From contig SIAM01000006.1 of NCBI GenBank assembly GCA_009691785.1, positions 1,725 to 65,724 on the forward strand: a DNA stretch of 64,000 bases, in the 5' to 3' direction. Position 1 is the stretch's first letter, and every line of letters starts with the position of its first letter. The DNA is from Phycisphaerales bacterium. GTDB taxonomy: Bacteria; Planctomycetota; Phycisphaerae; Phycisphaerales; SM1A02. Position numbers and translations under genes: made by a program. The notes beneath the pieces are model-generated. The model searched no databases, was not told the origin of the DNA, and saw only the letters and a list, made by a program, of their open reading frames with translations. Below, one piece after another: positions 1 through 6,857 of this stretch.

Positions 1-706
1 AACGCTCGACAAATGTCCCGTGCAACGCCACATCAAACAGTTCCCAGTCATTTACGTGGTCACCCACAAGCGCGATCACATTCACGCTGCGCGGCATGCA
101 CTGTTCAAAGGCGCGCAATGTCAGGCGCTCAATGCGGTCAAGCGTTCGCACGCGATCGACGCGCTCCACGCGCAATTCCATTTGGCGAGCGGTGGGTCGG
201 TGAATTCGAATGCGCCCAATTTCAATGTTGGGCGCGTCGCGCACTGAGAGCGATTCACCAATGGCGGCCTCGCGCAGAAACGCGTTGAATGAGCGGCCAA
301 GGCGCGCCAACGAAGATGGTTCCAAGTGTGGCGACCACCATAGTTCCGCGCGCACTTTGCGCCGACACACAATCGCCGATCGAAGTCGACCTGGAATGGC
401 GGGCGTGTCGTTCACGCTTGTCAGCAAGCGCTTTACATGCACGCATATGCTTTCGCCGCGGCGCGTGGCGCGAAAGTCGCAACTTTTTCCGTTGGGGTTG
501 GGCACATCGGCTTCCACGGAAAAACCCGCGCGCACAAGCCGAAGCGCGATCAAGGCCTCCGCCATGGCCGACGGCAAACGCGCCGCGCCGGCGCGCGCAA
601 GCAGTGCCAGCACCCCGGAAAGCGCGCGAAATGACTGCCAATCATGCGTCAATTGAATTTGCCGCGTGAGTTGCTCCCGCAACGGCTGCGCCTTGGGTGC
701 ACTCAT
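1..706 (-). CDS. hypothetical protein (first ~235 codons; 3' end runs off the window)
   Basis: I translated the minus strand myself from the ATG (complement of 704-706). It stays open to position 1 (MSAPKAQPLREQLTRQ...ALHGTFVER). It is missing from the ORF track because it has no stop inside the window. No family recognised; the CDF...VHVK stretch is only vaguely PD-(D/E)xK-like. Confidence 0.5.
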   Translation of the reverse strand, partial: MSAPKAQPLREQLTRQIQLTHDWQSFRALSGVLALLARAGAARLPSAMAEALIALRLVRAGFSVEADVPNPNGKSCDFRATRRGESICVHVKRLLTSVNDTPAIPGRLRSAIVCRRKVRAELWWSPHLEPSSLARLGRSFNAFLREAAIGESLSVRDAPNIEIGRIRIHRPTARQMELRVERVDRVRTLDRIERLTLRAFEQCMPRSVNVIALVGDHVNDWELFDVALHGTFVER

Positions 707-786
707 GCGGCGCGCACCCTGATAGACGCAATGTCTATGAAATTTACGCTTTGCATGTAAAGATGAAGGAAGAACGCTCCGAAGAA

Positions 787-1101
787 ATGAGCATGGATAA
801 TCGCGCTTCGAACAAGGGTGTTGTCACAAGTCGTCAAGCCTGGCAATTTGCCATGGTGCCCGTTGAAATCAAGGGCGATGAATTGCATTTGCTTTCCACG
901 ACGCAATTCGCGCCGCGCGCCATGCGATTTGTGCGCCGCGTTCTGCGCATGCAGCCATGCGTGGGGCTGGTCAGTGAAATGGCGCTGCGTGATCGATTGA
1001 TTCAAGAGTTTGGTTCGGATGGCTTTGCGCTCGGAATGCGTCCAGCTGTGGCGAGGTGGACGAAGAAAAAAAATTCCGACAATGGCAGCTCCCGGATTTG
1101 A
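787..1101 (+). CDS. hypothetical small protein (start uncertain: GTG 697, ATG 763, 787 or 793)
   Basis: ORF 697..1101 in the track, divergent from the 1..706 gene. No family recognised. Its last ~19 nt overlap tRNA-Phe on the opposite strand, which lowers confidence. Confidence 0.3.
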   Translation: MSMDNRASNKGVVTSRQAWQFAMVPVEIKGDELHLLSTTQFAPRAMRFVRRVLRMQPCVGLVSEMALRDRLIQEFGSDGFALGMRPAVARWTKKKNSDNGSSRI

Positions 1102-1156
1102 ACCGGGGACACCCGCATTTTCAATGCGATGCTCTACCAGGCTGAGCTAAGCGGCC
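1083..1156 (-). tRNA. tRNA-Phe (anticodon GAA)
   Basis: Hand-folded cloverleaf on the reverse complement: GGCCGCT-TA-GCTC/AGCCTGGTA/GAGC-A-TCGCA/TTGAAAA/TGCGG-GTGTC-CCCGG/TTCAAAT/CCGGG-AGCTGCC-A. There is one C4:U69 acceptor mismatch. CCA is not encoded. Confidence 0.9.
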
Positions 1157-1179
1157 GTTGCGATGGAAGAACAACTTCC

Positions 1180-1734
1180 TCACATCACATCGGCAAGCGT
1201 ATGAGGGTTCGACCGTGTGTCAAGTCGAGCGCGCATTTTTGATTCGCTGATGGCTTCAAGTCCGCCAAAAAGTCGGTCCGCAAGCCAATGACGCAAAGGG
1301 CGCAAACCCGCGAACCATTGCAAACGGGGCAGCGGCCATCCATCATTGCGACATCCGCCACGCTCGCCATTTGTTCCCAATCGAAGTTCGCTCCAAAAGC
1401 GGTGGGCCGACAAGGCGCCATCAACGCTGAATGTTTCCATGGCCGCGCGTTCCAAACACCAACCATGTTGATTGACCAACTCAATCCAACCGCGCGAGTC
1501 GCCGCGAATGCAAGCCACCGCGTGCACAATGCTATCTAAATTTTCCAACACGCGTTCTGGACGCGACGCAACCGCAAGACCCGCGTTCTCCAAATGCAAA
1601 ATGATTTCATTGGGTGTCACGCCAAATTCACGCATGGATTTGGCGGTAGAACCAAAGCAACATCGACGAATTTGATTTTCTAAATCAACATGTAGAGGGA
1701 CAACTCGGACTACAACTTTTTGAGTTTGATTCAT
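1180..1734 (-). CDS. hypothetical protein
   Basis: ORF 1180..1749 in the track. The ATG at 1734 (MNQTQKVVV...) is the likelier start. It is co-oriented with tRNA-Phe, 24 nt upstream of it. No family recognised. Confidence 0.5.
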   Translation of the reverse strand: MNQTQKVVVRVVPLHVDLENQIRRCCFGSTAKSMREFGVTPNEIILHLENAGLAVASRPERVLENLDSIVHAVACIRGDSRGWIELVNQHGWCLERAAMETFSVDGALSAHRFWSELRLGTNGERGGCRNDGWPLPRLQWFAGLRPLRHWLADRLFGGLEAISESKMRARLDTRSNPHTLADVM

Positions 1735-1829
1735 GCTTTTGAAACACAAAGTTTAAATGAAAGACATCCACACACGATGACTGCAGTTTAAACCCAAATG
1801 TCGCCGAGTCAATAAAACATGCGGAATTC

Positions 1830-2630
1830 TTAGCAATTTTTTATGGTGCAATGTCCAAGTAACGCTCGGCGCGTGTCCCGTAACGCCGGAAACTTGGCGC
1901 GCCAAGCGCGGACTTCTTTCATATCAATTGTGGCGGTCAGTATTTCTGACTTCTCACCGGCAACCGCCAGCACTTGGCCAGTGTGCGAAATAATCAAGGA
2001 TTCGCCCGCATATGAGGTGTTTGGCTCGTTGCCAACTCGATTGCACGCCACCACCACGGCTTGATTTTCAATGGCGCGGGCAATGCAAAGAGCGCGGCGA
2101 TGATCGGCCCTAGGCGCTGGCCAACACGTGGACAACGTGAACAACTCCGCGCCCGCAAGCGCCGCGTGGCGCCACAATTCTGGAAAGCGCAGGTCGTAGC
2201 AAATCATGGGCGCCACGGAAAGAGACTTGCTTGAATTGTCCGCCAACCGGGCCACGGTCACGCTGTCGCCCGCTTGATAATGAGCGTGCTCGCTGGTGGG
2301 CGAGAACAAGTAAGTTTTTTCGTAGCGCGCGATCACGTTTCCTTGCGGACAAGCTATGGCGACCATGTTCACAAATGAATCGCCGCGCGCCTGCGCGAAA
2401 CCATGTTGCAAATAGCAGCCATATTTTTTGGACTGCGCGCACGCGAACAATTCCGATTTTCCATCGACCACGAGAGCGGGATTGTTGGTGAAACCACTCT
2501 CGGCCATTTCTGGCAGCACCACCAGCGCGCCGCGCACATTACCGGCGCGTTGCAACATGCTCACAATTAACCCGCGCGATTTAGACGGGTTCTCCCAAAC
2601 GGGATCAAATTGAAGCGCGACACATTTCAC
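1830..2630 (-). CDS. carbon-nitrogen hydrolase family protein (nitrilase superfamily, omega-amidase/YafV-like)
   Basis: Glu-Lys-Cys triad context: VVLPEMAESGF, RYEKTYLF, MICYDLRFPELW. The track ORF (to 2726) reads through tRNA-His, so I trimmed the start to GTG 2630 (VKCVALQFDPVWEN...). Confidence 0.85.
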   Translation of the reverse strand: MKCVALQFDPVWENPSKSRGLIVSMLQRAGNVRGALVVLPEMAESGFTNNPALVVDGKSELFACAQSKKYGCYLQHGFAQARGDSFVNMVAIACPQGNVIARYEKTYLFSPTSEHAHYQAGDSVTVARLADNSSKSLSVAPMICYDLRFPELWRHAALAGAELFTLSTCWPAPRADHRRALCIARAIENQAVVVACNRVGNEPNTSYAGESLIISHTGQVLAVAGEKSEILTATIDMKEVRAWRAKFPALRDTRRALLGHCTIKNC

Positions 2631-2637
2631 AATAAAG

Positions 2638-2711
2638 GGCGATCGACGGGATTTGAACCCGCGACCCTCAGGATCACAACCCGATGCTCTACCTACTGAG
2701 CTACGACCGCC
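2638..2711 (-). tRNA. tRNA-His (anticodon GTG) with extra 5' G(-1)
   Basis: The reverse complement folds as G-GCGGTCG-TA-GCTC/AGTAGGTA/GAGC-A-TCGGG/TTGTGAT/CCTGA-GGGTC-GCGGG/TTCAAAT/CCCGT-CGATCGC-C. The G-1 opposite discriminator C is the His identity feature. Confidence 0.9.
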
Positions 2712-2934
2712 ATATGAGCGAGGCACTTTACGGCATTTGGAGCGCCGTGGGCAAAGTGAATTTATTTTTTTTCATCCTTGAGCAATGGGGAGCAATGTGC
2801 GGTTGGATTGGGTGAATCTTGAAACGCCGCGCCATTGAAGTGGGCGCCAAATACGCGCGCAATTCTTGCATGATTTGCGACTTGGTTTCCTCTTTGGGTT
2901 CGTGGTAGAGTTCTCCGTTTCGACTTTGTACAAA

Positions 2935-2939
2935 AGGAG
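2935..2939 (+). promoter_or_regulatory. Shine-Dalgarno-like AGGAG for pckA
   Basis: AAAAGGAGC lies 9 nt upstream of ATG 2949. This supports ATG 2949 over the TTG 2943 given by the track. Confidence 0.5.
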
Positions 2940-2948
2940 CCATTGACC

Positions 2949-4529
2949 ATGCCAACCGCAACCGATCGCAAACTTGATTTTGGAACCGCGGCCATTCACG
3001 CGAATTTGCCAGTGCCAAGATTGGTTGAGTTGGCGCTTGCGCGTGGCGAAGGCGTGTTGGCTTCAAACGGCGCCATTACCTGCGATACCGGTGATCGAAC
3101 TGGCCGCAGTCCCAACGATAAATTTCTGGAAGACACCGCCGGCATTCACGGCAACATTGATTGGGGCAAAGTGAATCAAGCCATTTCGCCTGAGAATTTT
3201 GACGCGCTTGAGGCGCTGGCCATGGACCACTTGCGTCAGCGTCGCGATTTGTTCCGCTTCGACGGTTACGCCGGCGCCGACACCAAGTATCGATGCAAAG
3301 TCAGCGTGTTCACTGAAGAGGCGTGGCATTCGCTCTTTGCCAAAACACTTTTCATCAACGCCGAGTCAAATGAACTTGCAGGCTGGCAGCAAGATTGGAC
3401 CATCATCAACGCGGGCTCCATGAAGTTGACCGATCCAACCAAGTACGGCGTGACTGGTGGCGTTGCCATTATTCAAAGCCTTGAGCGCAAGAAAGTGGTC
3501 ATTATTGGCACGCGCTACGCCGGCGAAATGAAGAAGAGCATCTTCTACGCCATGAATTACGATTTGCCTGATCGCGGCGTTTTTCCAATGCATTGCTCCG
3601 CCAATGTGGACCGCAATGACGCCAAGAATGTGGCTATTTTCTTTGGACTTTCTGGCACTGGCAAGACAACGCTCAGCGCCGATCCAAACCGCAATTTGGT
3701 TGGTGATGACGAGCACGGTTGGAGCGACCGCGGCGTGTTCAACATTGAAGGCGGCTGCTACGCCAAGTGCATCAAACTTTCTTTGGCCACAGAGCCTGAG
3801 ATCTTCAAGGCGATTCGCTTTGGAAGCGTGCTGGAAAATACAACCGTTGATCCAGTCACGCGCGTTCCTGATTACGACAGCACCAAGCGCACTGAAAATA
3901 CGCGCGCCACCTATCCGCTGAGCCACATTGCCAACGCGGTCATGCCAAGTGTTGCGGGGCAACCAACCAATTGCATCTTTCTTTCCGCGGATGCCTTTGG
4001 CGTTCTACCGCCACTTTCCAAATTGACGCCAGAGCAAGCGCAGTACTACTTCTTGAATGGCTACACATCCAAGTTGGCTGGCACCGAAGCCGGCGTGACC
4101 GAGCCGCAGCCAAATTTCAGCGCCTGCTTTGGCGGACCATTCATGCCGCGGCTACCCATGGTGTATGCCACCATGCTTGCGGATCGCATTCGTAAAAATG
4201 CCACCGATGTGTGGTTGCTCAACACGGGTTGGACTGGCGGCGCATATGGTGTTGGAAGCCGCTTCAAACTGGTCTACACGCGCGCCATGGTCACGGCCAT
4301 CATGAACGGCTCGCTGAAAAATGTGAAGACCACCACGCATCCGATCTTTGGTTTGCATATGCCGGTGGAAGTTCCGGGCGTGCCAAATGAAGTGCTTGAT
4401 CCACGCAAGACTTGGAAGGATGGCGCCGCCTACGACGCCAGCGCTAAGCAATTAGCGGCCAAATTCCGCGCCAATGACACCAAGTTTGCCATCAGCGACG
4501 CGGTGCGCGCGGCGGGTCCAAAGGTTTGA
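2949..4529 (+). CDS. pckA: phosphoenolpyruvate carboxykinase (ATP)
   Basis: Full-length PckA-like sequence with the kinase P-loop FFGLSGTGKTTLSADP and the typical length (~526 aa). Confidence 0.97.
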   Translation: MPTATDRKLDFGTAAIHANLPVPRLVELALARGEGVLASNGAITCDTGDRTGRSPNDKFLEDTAGIHGNIDWGKVNQAISPENFDALEALAMDHLRQRRDLFRFDGYAGADTKYRCKVSVFTEEAWHSLFAKTLFINAESNELAGWQQDWTIINAGSMKLTDPTKYGVTGGVAIIQSLERKKVVIIGTRYAGEMKKSIFYAMNYDLPDRGVFPMHCSANVDRNDAKNVAIFFGLSGTGKTTLSADPNRNLVGDDEHGWSDRGVFNIEGGCYAKCIKLSLATEPEIFKAIRFGSVLENTTVDPVTRVPDYDSTKRTENTRATYPLSHIANAVMPSVAGQPTNCIFLSADAFGVLPPLSKLTPEQAQYYFLNGYTSKLAGTEAGVTEPQPNFSACFGGPFMPRLPMVYATMLADRIRKNATDVWLLNTGWTGGAYGVGSRFKLVYTRAMVTAIMNGSLKNVKTTTHPIFGLHMPVEVPGVPNEVLDPRKTWKDGAAYDASAKQLAAKFRANDTKFAISDAVRAAGPKV

Positions 4530-4723
4530 CGCGCATGTTCAACTTGTCACACATGTCCAACGTGACGCGCATGTCCAACGTGACGCGCATGTCCAACGTG
4601 ACGCGCATGTCCAACGTGACGCGCATGTTCAATGTGACGCGCATGTTCAACGTGACGCGCATGTTCAACGTGACGCGCATGTCAAACTTGTCACACATGT
4701 TCAACGTGACGCGCATTGCGCAC
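4526..4723. repeat. 18-bp direct tandem repeat, 10 full units plus 1 partial (consensus GTGACGCGCATGTCCAAC)
   Basis: Units counted by hand at 4526, 4544, 4562 and so on to 4706. Units 2 and 10 are the same variant (TTGTCACACATGTYCAAC), placed symmetrically second from each end. The array starts inside the pckA stop codon and ends 21 nt before the next ATG. Confidence 0.95.
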
Positions 4724-4747
4724 ATCACGCGGCGGGCGGCTTTATGA
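4526..4747 (+). other. candidate repeat-encoded upstream ORF (73 codons, (TRM[S/F]NV)n), translation unproven
   Basis: ORF 4526..4747 in the track. Its TTG start overlaps the pckA TGA (TTGA at 4526-4529) and its TGA overlaps the threonine dehydratase ATG (ATGA at 4744-4747). Nearly every repeat unit supplies an in-frame ATG. Confidence 0.3.
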
Positions 4748-5991
4748 GCGTGGCAACCGCAAGCGATGTGACATACGGCGACATTGTCGCGGCGCAGGCG
4801 CGCATTCACAGTGGAATTATTCGCACATCGTGTCAAGAGAGCGCGGCGTTGAGCGAGTTGTGCGGCGCCACTATTTTTTGCAAGACGGAATATTTGCAGC
4901 GCACCGGAAGTTTCAAGGAGCGCGGCGCGCGCAACGCTTTACTTTTGTTAGATGCAGCCACGCACAAGCGCGGTGTGATTGCGGCCAGCGCTGGCAACCA
5001 TGCGTTGGCGCTTGCCTATCACGGCCGCGAACTTTCAATTCCAATTACGGTGGTCATGCCCAAGGGCGCGCCCCTGGTCAAGCAGACGCGTTGCCACGCC
5101 TTTGGCGCCAAAGTCGTGCTGCACGGTCAAAATATCGCCGAGGCTAAAGTGAAGGCCGACGAGATTGCCGCCGCGGAAAAATTAACCTACATCCACGGCT
5201 TCAATGACGCCGCCATTATCGCGGGCGCGGGCACAATTGGGCTTGAAATCATTGAGCAAGTGAAGAACTTGGACGCCATTGTTGTTCCAGTTGGCGGCGC
5301 CGGTTTGATCGCGGGCCTGGCCATTGCGGTGAAGGAAAAAAATCCGCGCGTGAAGGTGATTGGCGTGGAGCCCGAGCGCTGTCCAAGTTTGCACAACGCA
5401 TTGCAGGCGGGCCAACCGGTTGACGCGTGGCAGGGCGCAACCCTAGCGGATGGTTTAGCGGTGCCGCAAGTGGGCGACCGCGCCTTCGCCTTGGCGCGCG
5501 AGCGCGTTGATGAGGTGGTGACCGTGCGCGAGGAACATATCGCGCTGGCCATCTTGCGAATTCTGGAATTGGAGAAGGGTGTGGTGGAGGGCGCGGGCGC
5601 GGTTGGTCTGGCCGCGTTCTTGGCGGGCAAATTAAATTCACTGCATGGCAAGCGCGTGGCCATTGTGTTGTGCGGCGGCAACATTGATCCCATGATGTTG
5701 ACGCGCGTGATTGAGCGCGGCGTTGTGCTGGATGAGCGCATGGCGCAATTCACGGCCGTGATTTCCGATCGTCCAGGTGGATTGGCGGAACTTGCCGCCA
5801 CCATCGCGCAAGTTGGCGCCAGCGTGAAACAAATTGAGCACGACCGAACATTTGGTGGCGCCGATGTGAGCACCGTCATGGTGAAGTGCACGCTTGAAGT
5901 GCGCGACGGCGATCACTTGTCGCAACTGCGCGCCGCGTTGCTGGCCAAGGGCATTCGCATTATTTCAGAATCCAAACCACTAGACGATTGA
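4744..5991 (+). CDS. ilvA: threonine ammonia-lyase (threonine dehydratase), PLP-dependent, with C-terminal ACT-like regulatory domain
   Basis: PLP-lysine motif TGSFKERGARNA and glycine-rich loop VPVGGAGLIAG. The track ORF from 4474 adds a repeat-derived (DAHVQR)n extension. I prefer ATG 4744 (MSVATASDVTYGDIVAAQARI...), which leaves a normal-length N-terminus. Confidence 0.9.
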   Translation: MSVATASDVTYGDIVAAQARIHSGIIRTSCQESAALSELCGATIFCKTEYLQRTGSFKERGARNALLLLDAATHKRGVIAASAGNHALALAYHGRELSIPITVVMPKGAPLVKQTRCHAFGAKVVLHGQNIAEAKVKADEIAAAEKLTYIHGFNDAAIIAGAGTIGLEIIEQVKNLDAIVVPVGGAGLIAGLAIAVKEKNPRVKVIGVEPERCPSLHNALQAGQPVDAWQGATLADGLAVPQVGDRAFALARERVDEVVTVREEHIALAILRILELEKGVVEGAGAVGLAAFLAGKLNSLHGKRVAIVLCGGNIDPMMLTRVIERGVVLDERMAQFTAVISDRPGGLAELAATIAQVGASVKQIEHDRTFGGADVSTVMVKCTLEVRDGDHLSQLRAALLAKGIRIISESKPLDD

Positions 5992-6024
5992 GCCGAGTGC
6001 GTGGCGACGGATTGCGAAATCGGA

Positions 6025-6047
6025 ACAATTTTTTATTTCAAAATTGT
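6025..6047. repeat. perfect 8-bp AT-rich inverted repeat (ACAATTTT-N7-AAAATTGT), function unknown
   Basis: Seen directly 34 nt downstream of the ilvA stop. It could be a weak terminator hairpin or a protein-binding site. Confidence 0.6.
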
Positions 6048-6228
6048 GCCTTGGTGAGGCAAGCGGCGCGGTAGGAGCCACCCAAACAAAGCGGCGCTTG
6101 GCTTGCGAACGCTAAAAAACCGCTAATCATGCGGCTTTTTTCCGTAAAAAGCCATTTGTCAAAAAAAACCACAAATATTTTAAAGTGGCGCTTCAGTCAC
6201 CCCTGGAATTCACCGAAGTCATTGCGCC

Positions 6229-6816
6229 ATGACAGATATTCCAAATTCCAACAGCGTTCTAACTACCGGCGAAGTCGCCATTCTTTGCAAAGTTGCCGCG
6301 CGAACCGTGAGCAAGTGGATTGATTGCGGCCGAATGGAGGGCTACCGCATTCCAGGCAGCCGTGATCGGCGCGTGACCCAGGCGGCGCTTGAAAATTTCA
6401 TGCGCAAGCATGGATTGCCATTGACAGGATTTGCCGCGGCGGCTGGGCAGGGCATGTTGCTGATTGTGGACTCCAACGCGACCACGGCGCAAACGTTGCG
6501 CGATGTGATTGTGCAAGAAACAAAACGCGAGGTGTTCATTGTGCGCGGCGCCTTTGAAGCCGGCGTGTTGTGCGAGCGATCGCGTCCAAGCGCAATTGTT
6601 GTGGATTGCAACATTGGCGTGAACGAGGCGGCTGGACTGGCGTCTTGGTTGCGCTGTGAAAAACGAGCCACACGCGTTGTGGCCATCGGCGAGACTCTGA
6701 CCGCGGACGATGATGCAACTTTAATGCGCGCGGGCGTTGGTGCGATTGTTCGCAAGCCCTGCACCGTGCGCGCCATTCTGTCGGCGCTTGAGAATCACAT
6801 GTCGAAAGCGGGATAA
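6229..6816 (+). CDS. excisionase/MerR-type HTH domain fused to a response-regulator receiver-like domain
   Basis: N-terminal LTTGEVAILCKVAARTVSKWIDCGRMEGYRIPGSRDRRV is HTH_17-like. The C-terminal part has receiver landmarks LLIVDSN, AIVVDCN and VRKPC. Confidence 0.75.
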   Translation: MTDIPNSNSVLTTGEVAILCKVAARTVSKWIDCGRMEGYRIPGSRDRRVTQAALENFMRKHGLPLTGFAAAAGQGMLLIVDSNATTAQTLRDVIVQETKREVFIVRGAFEAGVLCERSRPSAIVVDCNIGVNEAAGLASWLRCEKRATRVVAIGETLTADDDATLMRAGVGAIVRKPCTVRAILSALENHMSKAG

Positions 6817-6857
6817 ACACCGCCCCGACTGGGTGAAGAATTCGTAGCATCTACCGC

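Noticed and set aside
2631-2726. N-terminal 32 codons of track ORF 1830..2726 (MPRSYGGRSSVGRASGCDPEGRGFKSRRSP...)
   Set aside because: This stretch is the translation of tRNA-His itself (2638-2711). The C-N hydrolase homology begins after a GTG at 2630.
4526-4723. Possible CRISPR array
   Set aside because: The units are contiguous 18-mers with no spacers, they are not palindromic in the CRISPR manner, and there are no cas genes in the window. It is a minisatellite, not a CRISPR.
4474-4743. N-terminal extension of threonine dehydratase containing (DAHVQR)n, starting inside pckA
   Set aside because: The frame is open only because the 18-bp unit lacks stops in that frame. The start would overlap pckA by 56 nt, whereas ATG 4744 gives a normal-length enzyme. 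I keep it as an alternative in the repeat finding, not as the gene model.
5187-5891. 234-aa antisense ORF, plus similar ones at 3366..3962, 19863..20441, 46677..47312, 58879..59406, 42066..42593 and 51103..51639
   Set aside because: Each is fully contained opposite a gene with clear family motifs (ilvA, pckA, tdh, ychF, a TIM-barrel gene, murE, rsmG). None has recognisable domains or independent signals.
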